A stretch of 64,000 bases of DNA from Phycisphaerales bacterium UBA1924 (GCA_965283805.1 CBDIPV010000001.1:1510925-1574924), one strand, 5' to 3'. Shown: positions 28,668-37,810, numbered from the stretch's first letter. Program-made: numbers and translations. The notes: generated by a model not told the origin, from the sequence alone.

Positions 28668-30371
28668 TTAAAACGGCGGCAGCTCTTCATCATCAAAGCT
28701 CACATCGTTCCCAGATCCATCCCGAAAGTCCGCCTCGGGCCCGCTCTTGTTCCCGGGCGCGAAGGTGTGCTTCTGGACCGGCGCTTGGTCTGAGAAACCC
28801 GGCCCATCCGCGGCTGGCGCGGGGTCAAAGTCCGGGCCATCGAAGCCGTAACTCCCGCCCTGCATCTCGCGGCTGAACCCGTAGCTCCCGCCCGCGTGCA
28901 TCCCGTCGTGCGTCTTGAACCGCACCGTCCGCTCGTCCCAGGTCAGCTTCACCGTGCCCGTCGGCCCGTTTCGCTGCTTGGCGATGATCAGCTCGGTCAG
29001 GTTGAGCTTCTCGCGGTTGTCCTCGTCGAACTCCGGGTTCGTCGGATCCCACGCCGGCTCGCCGCGGTGGTAGTACGACTCGCGGTGCAGCAGCATCACC
29101 ACATCCGCATCCTGCTCGATCGAGCCCGACTCACGCAGGTCCGACATCTTGGGCCGGTTACCCTCACGCTGCTCCGCGCCGCGGTTGAGCTGCGCTAAAC
29201 AAATCACCGGCACCTTGAGCTCTCGCGCCAACGACTTGACCGAACGCGAGATCTCGCCCACCTCCGCCTGGCGCGATTCGCGAGCGCTGCTGGGCGATGA
29301 GAGCAACTGAAGATAGTCAATCACGATGCAACCGATATTGTGCCGCTGCTTCATCCGCCGCGCTTTGGCACGCAGCGTCAAAACCGTCATGCCCGGCGTG
29401 TCATCAATATAAATCGGGGCATCGGCAAGCTCCGCGCTCGCCCGGTGCAGCTTGTCCCACTCGTTGTCGTTCACACGCCCCGTGCGAAGCTGGTTGCTGT
29501 CCACCCCAGACCGGGCCGAGAGCAAACGCTGCACCAGCGATCCCCGCGCCATTTCCAGCGAGAACACCCCCACCGCCACCGGGTTGTTGATCTGCTTGGG
29601 CGACCACGGCGTCGCGCCGCCGAACGCGATCTGCTCGGCGATGTTCAGCGCGATCGCCGTCTTGCCCATCGAGGGACGGGCCGCCAAAATCACCATCTCC
29701 TCGGGCTGCAAACCCGAGAGCATCTCATCGAGATCCGTGAACCCGGTCGATGTCCCCGAGACCGACTTGCCGTCGGCCTGCTCGATCCGCTCCATCTCGG
29801 CAAGCAGCAGCTCACGCAGCGTCTCGGGCTCGGCGTTCACATCCTCAGACGCGATATCAAAGATCCGCTTCTCCGCCAGATCGATGACGCTCTTGGCCGC
29901 GTCGATCCCGCCTCCGCCCTGGTTGTAGGCGTCATACAAAATCTGCCCCGCCGCATCAATCAACTTGCGCAGCCGCGCACTATCAGCGATCCGCTTGGCG
30001 TAATAGACCGCGTTAGCCGCGCTGGGCACCGCCTCGGCCAACTCCATCAGATACTCGGCGCCGCCTACCTGATCAAACAGCCCCTTGGCACGCAGCGACT
30101 CAGTCAGCTGCACAAGATCGCCCGTCTGGTGCGCCTCATAGGTCTCGACCAGCGTCTGGTAGATCACCCCGTTGGATTCCTGATAGAACATCTCCCCATT
30201 GGGGATCAGCTCTACCACATCATTGAGCGACGAGGGGTCGAGCAGAATCGACCCGATCAGCGATCGCTCGGCATCGATATGGTGCGGCGGCGTGCGATCA
30301 AACAGCCGCCCGAGATCAGGGATCTCGTTGCGCGGGTTGCCGCGTCGCCCGCCGGATTTGGATTCAAACAT
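28668..30371 (-). CDS. dnaB: replicative DNA helicase DnaB with C-terminal extension
   Basis: From ATG 30371 the protein reads MFESKSGG...PPHHIDAERSLIGSILLDP. Walker A is ARPSMGKTA, and the typical DnaB C-domain runs to AKQRNGPTGTVKLTWDERTVRF. The upstream 150 codons of the track ORF look non-coding. An extra 77-aa tail ends in DDEELPPF. Confidence 0.9.
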   Translation of the reverse strand: MFESKSGGRRGNPRNEIPDLGRLFDRTPPHHIDAERSLIGSILLDPSSLNDVVELIPNGEMFYQESNGVIYQTLVETYEAHQTGDLVQLTESLRAKGLFDQVGGAEYLMELAEAVPSAANAVYYAKRIADSARLRKLIDAAGQILYDAYNQGGGGIDAAKSVIDLAEKRIFDIASEDVNAEPETLRELLLAEMERIEQADGKSVSGTSTGFTDLDEMLSGLQPEEMVILAARPSMGKTAIALNIAEQIAFGGATPWSPKQINNPVAVGVFSLEMARGSLVQRLLSARSGVDSNQLRTGRVNDNEWDKLHRASAELADAPIYIDDTPGMTVLTLRAKARRMKQRHNIGCIVIDYLQLLSSPSSARESRQAEVGEISRSVKSLARELKVPVICLAQLNRGAEQREGNRPKMSDLRESGSIEQDADVVMLLHRESYYHRGEPAWDPTNPEFDEDNREKLNLTELIIAKQRNGPTGTVKLTWDERTVRFKTHDGMHAGGSYGFSREMQGGSYGFDGPDFDPAPAADGPGFSDQAPVQKHTFAPGNKSGPEADFRDGSGNDVSFDDEELPPF

Positions 30372-30509
30372 CTTCTGGTCGTTCACAGCGTCGATTGTAC
30401 GCCAATTCCATTGTGAATCCGGGCCATGTGGCGCAACCGACAGGATGATCCCAGCGAATACGCACCCATCGCGTTCTACCCAATCAAATTGTGGAGGATA
30501 CCCTTGAGC

Positions 30510-31232
30510 ATGTCCACAGAAGAAATCGGTATGCAGTTCTACGACACCGGCGAAGGCCTCCCCGAGACCCTCCCCGATTCTCCTTTCCCTATCTTCAAAT
30601 CGTGGTTCGACCAGGCTTGGAACGAGCGACGCACGCCCAACACCAACGCCATGACCCTCTCCACCCTGCACCCCGACGGCTACCCCGATGCCCGCATCGT
30701 CCTGTGCAAAGCCATCGAGCCCGAGCCGGGCAATATCGTCTTTTACACCAACTACAACGGCGCCAAGGGCCTCCAGCTCGCCGCCAACCCGTTCGCCAGC
30801 GTGGTCTTCCACTGGGACCACGACGAACGCCAGGTTCGCATCCGCGGCCCCATCACCAACGCGACCGAGGCCGAATCCGATGCCTACTTCGCGTCCCGTC
30901 GCCTCGAGTCACGCTTGGGGGCCTGGGTCAGCAATCAATCCCAGCCCATCGAATCCCGCGAGGCCCTGCTCGAGCGCGTTGCCGAAGTCATGGATCAGCT
31001 CGGGCTCGATGCTCGCGCACTGATGGGCGATCAGGAAGTCACCATCCCCCGCCCCCCCCACTGGGGCGGCTTCCGCATCCATGCCCACCAGACCGAACTC
31101 TGGGCCGGAGGCGTCGGACGGATCCACGACCGCGCCCGCTGGACCCGCGAACTCATCCGCGACGACTCAATCGACCGCGGCCCCGGTGCCTACACCCCCG
31201 GCCCGTGGTCCAGCACGCGGCTCCAACCTTGA
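30510..31232 (+). CDS. pdxH: pyridoxamine 5'-phosphate oxidase
   Basis: PdxH pattern: MTLSTL..DG.P.ARIVLCK, FYTNYNGAKG, VFHWDHDERQVRIRG, YFASRRLESRLGAWVS.QS and PPHWGGFRI. ATG 30510 follows a GGAGGA Shine-Dalgarno. Confidence 0.85.
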   Translation: MSTEEIGMQFYDTGEGLPETLPDSPFPIFKSWFDQAWNERRTPNTNAMTLSTLHPDGYPDARIVLCKAIEPEPGNIVFYTNYNGAKGLQLAANPFASVVFHWDHDERQVRIRGPITNATEAESDAYFASRRLESRLGAWVSNQSQPIESREALLERVAEVMDQLGLDARALMGDQEVTIPRPPHWGGFRIHAHQTELWAGGVGRIHDRARWTRELIRDDSIDRGPGAYTPGPWSSTRLQP

Positions 31233-31249
31233 GCCCTCCTTGACCCGGG

Positions 31250-31637
31250 CTTGTGGATAATTCAGTCGATTTCTGTCCGTTCCGGGCGATATCACGCATC
31301 CGCTGTTGCACCGCAGCCGAAAATGTCGATCATGGAAACATCGCGAAAACGCGACCGGCACCGACGGGGTGAGAACCACCCACCAAGATGCCGACACGCA
31401 GCGCGACGACCGGAAGCCCGACAGGGCAACCGGGCGCTGAGCCCCGAGCGACGGCGAGGGGAATAGAACCCCGGCGGCGGCAATACACCGCGACGGCTGG
31501 GATGGCATGTTCTTGAAGGAGGTGATTCAGTGACTAAGTATGACTGTATGAAGGGGTTGCGCCCGTAAGAGCGGCGGCTCGACGGTGTTGCCGTTGGCGC
31601 AACTCGCAATACGAAACCGATGCATCTGCATCCTACG
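31250..31637 (+). other. unassigned non-coding stretch: candidate small RNA / micro-ORF locus
   Basis: No credible ORF on either strand. It contains the local stem tcgcg-aaaa-cgcga and the palindrome gatgcatctgcatc. A perfect Shine-Dalgarno (AAGGAGGTGAT, 31516-31526) lies 4 nt before the 12-codon ORF GTG-ACT-AAG-TAT-GAC-TGT-ATG-AAG-GGG-TTG-CGC-CCG-TAA (31531-31569). A strong plus-strand terminator follows. Confidence 0.3.
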
Positions 31638-31668
31638 GCTGCCTCCAAACTCTGGAGGCAGCTTTTTT
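31638..31668 (+). terminator. rho-independent terminator
   Basis: gctgcctcca-aactc-tggaggcagc, a perfect 10-bp stem, followed by TTTTTT. Confidence 0.85.
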
Positions 31669-31691
31669 CATGCACCGAGCCCTAGCCCCTC

Positions 31692-33518
31692 TTACATACC
31701 CAGCATCGTCTTGATGCGCTGTGCATCCTGGATGCGGCCAGCACGCTCATATGCTTTCGCGAGCTGCATATTGATGCGATAGAAGTTGGATTGCGATGCA
31801 AACTGCTCGCTCATCTGCTCCGGACGGTTCGTCCGCCGGATCGCCTGTTCCAGAACCGGAATGATCTGGTTTTCCTTGCCGCTCGCCTTGAGCATCGATT
31901 CCATGACGCTCAGTGCCGTCACCGCCATCGGGCCGTCGTTGATGAACTTGTCCACCACATCCTGGTACGCCAGCCACGCGTATTCAAGATTGTCATTCAT
32001 CGACCAGAGATGCCCCTGCTCGAAACGCACGCCCGCCGCCAGATCCGGGCGGGCCCTGAACTGGCTGAATGCCCATTCGAGCAGCTCGTGCTGACGCGAT
32101 GGCTCATCGATCGTCACAATCAACTGCATTAGAAAGTCATATGCAAAGTCCTGATGCTGGCGACCCGCCAACTGCATCACCGCCCGCGCCCAGACATCCA
32201 TCTGCTTCTCATCGAGCTTGTCCGCCTCCGCGAGTTCAACGATCTGATCCCAGGCGCGTGGTACGCCCGCACACTTGCTCAGGGTGGAACGCAACAACGC
32301 CAGCTGGTCCTCGATCGAATCGGTGCGAGCAGCGCGGATATTCCCACGCGTTTCAAGCTCCATCGATTCCGGAACAGACCACGCACCCGCTCTCATCCGC
32401 TCAACGATCTTGGCAGACGCGAGCGTATCAAGCACCTGCTCGTTGCTCGCGGACATCGCGCCGCCGAGCACGCCCGCCCGCCCATCGCTGATCGATTCGA
32501 GGGTCTGTGGGTCGATCAGCGATCCACGCAGGTTCTGATACTGCTCGTACCGTCCCGCATCGAAGTTCCATTCGGCGCGGCGTCCACGCATCTCGACAAA
32601 CCCGACCCATGCGTGCGAGACATCCGCGCCACGGGCCCGGACATATGCCGAGGGGATGCCGCACGCCTTGGCAACGCTCATCGCAAAGTAGGTCTGATCC
32701 GCGCAGACCCCGCCGAGCCGCTTGATCTTCTCGAGGTTGTACTCGCCCGGCTCAGATGTCACCCGCTTGGGCTTGTTCTGCTGAAAGTGCATGAAGTCAT
32801 ATTCGATCTCAAAGAAGCGGTCACCGATCATCGGATTCGTGCGATAGCGATCGAGCGCCCACTGAAGCTGCTGCGGGGTCTCGGTGACATCAACCACATA
32901 GATCATCGCCAAGGCGGGCAAGCGATCAGGCGGGATCGACATCCTCGAAGCGTTGTTCACGAAAAAATCAAAGATCGCCAGCGGGTCGCTCGCTTGGGGG
33001 GTGTTCTCATTAATACGCCGTTCGAGCGCATCACCACCCTGATCGTCATGAACCACACACAATGTCGCCGCCAGCGCCGGGTAGCGTTCGATCTGTGCCG
33101 AGCGTTCCCGCATCAACAGATCCGCGAGCACAAGCACATTGGCCGCCTTGTCCGCGGGCTTCACCAGCAGACCCAGCTCATTTGTAAAGTTCGGGTGTTC
33201 AGCGAAGCGCGACAGAACCTCCCCAGCGCCCGCGGACCTGCTGGCGAGCACGAGCCCGAAGATCCCCAACGCCCCCTCGCAGCGAACCATCGCACCGGTC
33301 TGCCGCACCCCGGCGTGGGCAGCGGCATAGTTCGCCAGATCAGCGAGTCGCTGATACCCAGACTCAAGCGCCTTGCGATCCGCGTTTGAGCCGATCGTGA
33401 GAATCTCGGTCACACGCGTATCAACCTGAGTGACAAAATCGTCGCGCTGGGCATCAGCAGCTGGAGTGCACATTGCAAAGAACAGGACGATCAGAAGCGG
33501 CGGCATTGAGATACGCAT
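31692..33518 (-). CDS. secreted transglutaminase-like domain protein
   Basis: 608 aa with a signal peptide (PPLLIVLFFAMCTPAADA). It has a Cys-His core typical of transglutaminase-like cysteine proteases (GGVCADQTYFAMSVAKACGIPSAYVRARGADVSHAWVGFVE) and helical repeat flanks. Confidence 0.65.
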   Translation of the reverse strand: MRISMPPLLIVLFFAMCTPAADAQRDDFVTQVDTRVTEILTIGSNADRKALESGYQRLADLANYAAAHAGVRQTGAMVRCEGALGIFGLVLASRSAGAGEVLSRFAEHPNFTNELGLLVKPADKAANVLVLADLLMRERSAQIERYPALAATLCVVHDDQGGDALERRINENTPQASDPLAIFDFFVNNASRMSIPPDRLPALAMIYVVDVTETPQQLQWALDRYRTNPMIGDRFFEIEYDFMHFQQNKPKRVTSEPGEYNLEKIKRLGGVCADQTYFAMSVAKACGIPSAYVRARGADVSHAWVGFVEMRGRRAEWNFDAGRYEQYQNLRGSLIDPQTLESISDGRAGVLGGAMSASNEQVLDTLASAKIVERMRAGAWSVPESMELETRGNIRAARTDSIEDQLALLRSTLSKCAGVPRAWDQIVELAEADKLDEKQMDVWARAVMQLAGRQHQDFAYDFLMQLIVTIDEPSRQHELLEWAFSQFRARPDLAAGVRFEQGHLWSMNDNLEYAWLAYQDVVDKFINDGPMAVTALSVMESMLKASGKENQIIPVLEQAIRRTNRPEQMSEQFASQSNFYRINMQLAKAYERAGRIQDAQRIKTMLGM

Positions 33519-33611
33519 AAATCGATTCTCCGATCACATTCGGTGCGAGAGGTGATCCTAACCCGATCCGGGCGGGTTGTACACCGGTTGCACGCAACTC
33601 GGCCAGCGCCC

Positions 33612-33644
33612 AAAAAAACCGACCTCGGATGATCCGAGGCCGGT
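33612..33644 (-). terminator. intrinsic terminator of hppA
   Basis: Minus strand reads ccggcctcgg-atcat-ccgaggtcgg (one mismatch) followed by TTTTTTT. Confidence 0.7.
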
Positions 33645-33669
33645 TGAGATTCAGAAACACAAGCGAAGA

Positions 33670-36381
33670 TTAGATCCCGATGATCCCGCCGAGCACATCG
33701 CCATAGGCGACGATGAGACCCGCGAACACGACCGAGACGATCGAGATCAGCTTGATGAGGATGTTGAGCGCCGGGCCAGAGGTGTCCTTGAACGGGTCAC
33801 CCACGGTGTCGCCCACCACGGTCGCCTTGTGGTCATCGCTGCCCTTGCCATAGATGATCAGATCACCATGGCCCGCGGCGACCGCTTCCTTGGCACGCAG
33901 CAGGATCGCGTCACGCACATTCGGGGGCACCTTGGCCGAGTTACCCGTGCCGTCGACCATTTCCTGAGCCGTCGTCTTGCCGTACGACTCGAGCAGCTTC
34001 TTGGCATTATCCCAAGCACCACCCGCGTTGGCCATGAAGACCGCCACGGCGAAGCCCGAGGTCAGACCGCCCGCAAGCAGACCCATCACGCCGGGGACCG
34101 ACAGCGTCAGCCCCACGAGGATCGGGATCACGATCGCCAAGACCGAGGGGATGACCATTTCCTTTTGGGCACCCGCGGTCGAGATCGCCACGCAGTTGGC
34201 GTAGTCGGGGTAGTGGTGACCATCAAGATCAACACCCTTCATCGGCCAGTTGTCCGGGTTGGCGAGGTCTTCCTCGCTCATGCCCTCACGACGCAGCGCC
34301 TCACGGATGAAACCGAACTGACGCCGGCACTCGCCCATCATCGCGTAGGCCGCGCGGCCCACCGCGTTCATGGTCAATGCACAGAAGAGGAACGCCAGAA
34401 GCACGCCGATGAACAGGCCGCCGAGCAGCTTTGGGTTGGCGAGCGTCACATCGTAATAAGCCAGGACATCCTTGACCGAACCGCGCGTCGAGGATGCCAG
34501 CGTGGCCGTCCAAGCGCCGTCGATGTCTGCAATCTCGTAGCGCGAGTCGTGACTTGCCACCAGTCGGAAACTGTCACCCTTTTCAACATTGTCCAGGCGG
34601 CTCGCGTGCTGGCCGTTGGCCTTGACCACATCGAGCAGCATGCCTCCGTCAACCGTCTGGCCCTCGCCCGAAGGCGTGATCACCGCGAACCGGCCATATC
34701 CCTGATGCACCGCGTAGCCGACTTCCGAGCCGGCGGGCTCCACGAATGACGACCCGTCGCCGTAAAAGTTTACCGCCTGCGTTCCGATCTGCGTCTGCAC
34801 GATCTGGATATACGCCGCGAACAGCGCCATGGCCGTCAACGCCGCCGAACCGATCGCGAAGCCCTTGCCGGTCGCCGCGGTGGTGTTGCCCAGCGAATCG
34901 AGCATGTCTGTGCGTTCACGCACGATCGGGGGCTGCCCGGACATCTCGGCGTTGCCGCCCGCGTTGTCCGCGATCGGGCCATACGCGTCTGTCGCCAGCG
35001 TGATGCCCAGCGTCGAGAGCATACCGACGGCCGCGATACCCACGCCATAGAGACCCATCAGGAAGCTATCACCACCGCCAGCAAAGCTGAACGCGGCGAT
35101 GATCGCAACCACAACCGTGAGCAGCGAGGCCCAGGTCGACTTCATGCCCTCAGCAATACCCGCGATGATCACGGTCGCCGGGCCCGTCAGGGCCTGCTCA
35201 GCGATCCGCTGTGTCGGACGGTGCTCATAGCTGGTGTAGTACTCGGTCGCGTGCGCGATCACGAGGCCCGAAACCAGACCCGAAACGATCGAGAGCCCCA
35301 GGCCCCACCAGGTGGTGATGCCTTCAAGCTCGGGGGTGTTCTTTAGGATGTACCAGAGCAGAGCGAACGAGCCGAGGATGATCAGCGCCGAAGCGACATA
35401 GACACCCTTGTGCAGGCCCTTGAGCAGCTGCGCAAATGTCGCGTTCTCCTTGGCCTTCACCGTGTAGACGCCGATGATCGAGCAGAAGATGCCCAGACCG
35501 GCCAGCGCCATCGGGGTGACGGCGAGCTTGATGCCCAGCGCACCAGCCGCATCGCCGCTGGTCAGCGTCATCGCCGCCGCAGCGCCAAGCGCCATGGTCG
35601 CCAGGATCGAGCCGTAGTACGACTCGTAGAGGTCTGCACCCATGCCCGCCACATCGCCCACATTGTCACCGACATTGTCGGCGATGGTCGCGGGGTTGCG
35701 TGCGTCGTCTTCGGGGATTCCGGCCTCGACCTTGCCCACAAGGTCGGCACCAACATCGGCCGCCTTTGTGTAGATGCCGCCGCCCACACGCGCGAACAGC
35801 GCCTGCGTCGATGCACCCATGCCGAAGCTGAGCATGATTGTTGTGATTTCGGTGATGCCGCCATCGACAAGGCCCATGGTGTTGAAGATCGCGAACCAGA
35901 TCGAGATGTCGAGCAGCGCGAAGCCCACGACGACCAGACCCATGACCGCACCCGAGCGGAACGCAACAGTCAGCCCTTCATTGAGCGACTGCTTTGCGGC
36001 CCAGGTGGTCCGAGCCGAAGCGTTGGTGGCCATTTTCATGCCGAACCAGCCGCAGAGACCCGAGAAGAGACCCGCGACCGGCACGCCGATGAGCGTGAAC
36101 GCCGACTGGAGCTTCAGCGCATACATGATGCCCAGGAAGATGATCAGGAGCACAAAGACGCCCGCGACGACCTTGTACTGACGGGTGAGATAGGCCATCG
36201 CCCCGTCTCGGACCGCCTGGGCGATCTCGATCATGTTCTCATCACCCTCGGACCGTTTCATCACCGAGCCGTGGAACAGCTTGGCCATGATCAGGGCGAG
36301 AATGCCGCCGACTGGCGCCAGGTAATACGCCGGCGTAATCTCGGCCATCGACGCCAGTGTTGGCATGAGTTGTGTACTCAT
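33670..36381 (-). CDS. hppA: membrane-bound pyrophosphate-energised cation pump (H+/Na+-PPase), unusually long
   Basis: GGGIYTKAADVGADLVGKVE, DNVGDNVGD, GPIADNAGG, AWDNAKK and VGDTVGDPFKDTSGP motifs. ATG 36381 follows an AAGAGG Shine-Dalgarno. 903 aa with three insertions relative to my memory of canonical enzymes. Confidence 0.9.
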   Translation of the reverse strand: MSTQLMPTLASMAEITPAYYLAPVGGILALIMAKLFHGSVMKRSEGDENMIEIAQAVRDGAMAYLTRQYKVVAGVFVLLIIFLGIMYALKLQSAFTLIGVPVAGLFSGLCGWFGMKMATNASARTTWAAKQSLNEGLTVAFRSGAVMGLVVVGFALLDISIWFAIFNTMGLVDGGITEITTIMLSFGMGASTQALFARVGGGIYTKAADVGADLVGKVEAGIPEDDARNPATIADNVGDNVGDVAGMGADLYESYYGSILATMALGAAAAMTLTSGDAAGALGIKLAVTPMALAGLGIFCSIIGVYTVKAKENATFAQLLKGLHKGVYVASALIILGSFALLWYILKNTPELEGITTWWGLGLSIVSGLVSGLVIAHATEYYTSYEHRPTQRIAEQALTGPATVIIAGIAEGMKSTWASLLTVVVAIIAAFSFAGGGDSFLMGLYGVGIAAVGMLSTLGITLATDAYGPIADNAGGNAEMSGQPPIVRERTDMLDSLGNTTAATGKGFAIGSAALTAMALFAAYIQIVQTQIGTQAVNFYGDGSSFVEPAGSEVGYAVHQGYGRFAVITPSGEGQTVDGGMLLDVVKANGQHASRLDNVEKGDSFRLVASHDSRYEIADIDGAWTATLASSTRGSVKDVLAYYDVTLANPKLLGGLFIGVLLAFLFCALTMNAVGRAAYAMMGECRRQFGFIREALRREGMSEEDLANPDNWPMKGVDLDGHHYPDYANCVAISTAGAQKEMVIPSVLAIVIPILVGLTLSVPGVMGLLAGGLTSGFAVAVFMANAGGAWDNAKKLLESYGKTTAQEMVDGTGNSAKVPPNVRDAILLRAKEAVAAGHGDLIIYGKGSDDHKATVVGDTVGDPFKDTSGPALNILIKLISIVSVVFAGLIVAYGDVLGGIIGI

Positions 36382-36660
36382 CGTGTTCAACCTCTTTGCT
36401 GTGCTTCAGTTGAGCGAACTGAACGGGTTTCAATCGCCGCCGATGATCAGCCCCACGACCGATCGGCTTTCTACCCGCCCCTGCGTGTGTGCAGTGGATT
36501 TAACTTCTGTCGCACCCGGGGCATCGGGATGGTGCGCGAACAGTGAACTGGTCCCCGAAATGGGCTGCAACTATAGATCGGTATTCTGGACAGAATCCGA
36601 TGAAACAAGAATGAAACCTCTTTCTTTCCTGTTTGACCAGTCCGTATGTGAAAAAGAAAA

Positions 36661-36688
36661 CCCACCGGTCTGGTGGGTCGTTGAGTCA
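36661..36688 (-). terminator. intrinsic terminator of rpsU
   Basis: Minus strand reads cccaccagaccggtggg followed by TTTTCTTTTT. Confidence 0.75.
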
Positions 36689-36703
36689 ATCAATATACCG
36701 CGT

Positions 36704-36880
36704 TTATGGGCGGCGAGGAGCGGCCTTGCGCTTCGCACGGTTGCGGCGCTCGCTGGGCTTCTCGTAGTATTCCTTCTTGCGAATGTCCTTGGTCAGACCT
36801 TCCTTCTCGCAGAGTTTCTTGAAGCGGCGCATCAGCTGCTCCGCACTCTCGTTTCCGCGAGATTTGATCCGAATCGCCAT
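36704..36880 (-). CDS. rpsU: 30S ribosomal protein S21
   Basis: Below the ORF-track length cutoff and found manually: MAIRIKSRGNESAEQLMRRFKKLCEKEGLTKDIRKKEYYEKPSERRNRAKRKAAPRRP-stop (58 aa). It shows the classic S21 pattern (RRFKK..EK.G......R..EYYEKPSE.R). An AAGGAG Shine-Dalgarno lies upstream. Confidence 0.9.
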   Translation of the reverse strand: MAIRIKSRGNESAEQLMRRFKKLCEKEGLTKDIRKKEYYEKPSERRNRAKRKAAPRRP

Positions 36881-37087
36881 GGGGGCTCCTTCTTGAGCGT
36901 TTGCCTTGAGCGTCTACCCTGAGCGTCTACAAGGTCGTGGTATACAGGACATTCTGACCGTCCGCACTCTGCGGATCGGGTTGCGATTCAAGGCGCTCCT
37001 CATCTCAAGGTCAAGCAAAGCATCAAACTTCCCATATGACACCTCAAGATCTGGTTCTCAACCCCCTCAGCGACCGATAACCTCGCC

Positions 37088-37516
37088 ATGAGAATCGATC
37101 CCAAACTCCCCCTGCTCGCCATGATCGGGCTGTTTCTACTCCCCGCTCAGATCGGCTGCGAATCCGTGCCCGCCCTGCGTGAGAGCAAGGCCTGGCACGG
37201 CAGCACCCCGATATACGCCACCTACCGCTTTGGAGAGCTCAAAACCGAACTCCCGCCTGGGACCTCGCTCGAAACAGTCAATGCCGTCGCCAGAGCCGTG
37301 CTCTATCGACAGGGGCACATCATCGAGGAGGCCTCCTTCACGCCCTCCGACGGGCGCATCATCGCGCTCGGGTCGGGGCAGATGCCCTACAAGCGAGTCC
37401 GGATCAGCACCATATACGACGGCGGCGGGGTCATCATGACCATCAACATCGACCCAGCCACCGAGAGCCGGTCGAGATCGATGCTCGAATCGATCCTGCA
37501 GTCACTCGGACTCTGA
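37088..37516 (+). CDS. hypothetical lipoprotein
   Basis: MRIDPKLPLLAMIGLFLLPAQIGC is a lipobox-like signal. 142 aa. Confidence 0.6.
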   Translation: MRIDPKLPLLAMIGLFLLPAQIGCESVPALRESKAWHGSTPIYATYRFGELKTELPPGTSLETVNAVARAVLYRQGHIIEEASFTPSDGRIIALGSGQMPYKRVRISTIYDGGGVIMTINIDPATESRSRSMLESILQSLGL

Positions 37517-37521
37517 CAAAA

Positions 37522-37680
37522 TCAACATGCCGCATCCGCCGCCCGCACCGCCACGCAGAACCGTGCAATCTTCTCCGCGCTCTTCACACCCGGCGCATCC
37601 TCCACGCCCGAAGACACATCCACCGCGCCAGCGATGATCACCGGCTTCTGAAAACCCGCAAGGGATTGCAGAAGAATCGC
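37522..37680 (-). pseudogene. decayed duplicate of the trpF 3' end
   Basis: 37521-37627 aligns to 39069-39175 with 5 mismatches in 107 nt (manual alignment). A 51-nt in-frame deletion follows, then ~40 nt of weaker similarity. It encodes ...FQKPVIIAGAVDVSSGVEDAPGVKSAEKIARFCVAVRAADAAC. No N-terminal trpF sequence is present. Confidence 0.85.
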
Positions 37681-37810
37681 TGATTTAGATACGAATGAGA
37701 AGGCGAGCGAGGATTCTGGCAATTCGCTCTTTTGAAATCTTGGTTTGTTTGTAAGGTAGAGTTTGGCTGGATTGCCAGCCTTCGATTCATCAGCATGCAG
37801 GAGATTGATC

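Noticed and set aside
30372-30821. 150-codon N-terminal extension of the dnaB ORF in the track
   Set aside because: The sequence is Gly/Val/Glu-rich with no DnaB similarity and overlaps the pdxH start region on the other strand. The canonical DnaB N-terminus starts at ATG 30371.
31512-31530. Minus-strand GAATCACCTCCTTC resembling the 3' end of 16S rRNA
   Set aside because: The flanking sequence has no similarity to the conserved 16S 3' region (..AACCTGCGGCTGGATCACCTCCTT). It is most simply the complement of a strong Shine-Dalgarno sequence, not an rRNA fragment.
31233-31668. Possible RNase P RNA, tmRNA, SRP RNA or cobalamin riboswitch in the pdxH-downstream gap
   Set aside because: Short resemblances exist: CGTAAGAGCGG resembles the RNase P GGTAAGAGCGCACC, AATAGAACCCCGGC resembles ACAGAACCCGGC, and GACTAAGTATGACTGTA resembles the tmRNA GACTAAGCATGTAG. 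However, they are in the wrong order for RNase P. There is no GAGGAAAGTCCGGGC box, no T-arm/CCACCA acceptor end, no SRP GGAA-tetraloop helix that pairs, and no downstream gene for a riboswitch. The region is kept only as an unassigned candidate.
33577-36546. Long plus-strand ORFs (390 aa and 378 aa) opposite hppA, and similar antisense ORFs opposite truD (8171-9457), PBP2 (43831-44865), kdsD (48385-49356), citrate synthase (41070-42098) and the large coiled-coil gene
   Set aside because: All are mirror ORFs of genes with strong motif support. They have Arg/His/Asp-rich composition and no recognisable domains, and stop codons are rare on the antisense strand of high-GC genes.
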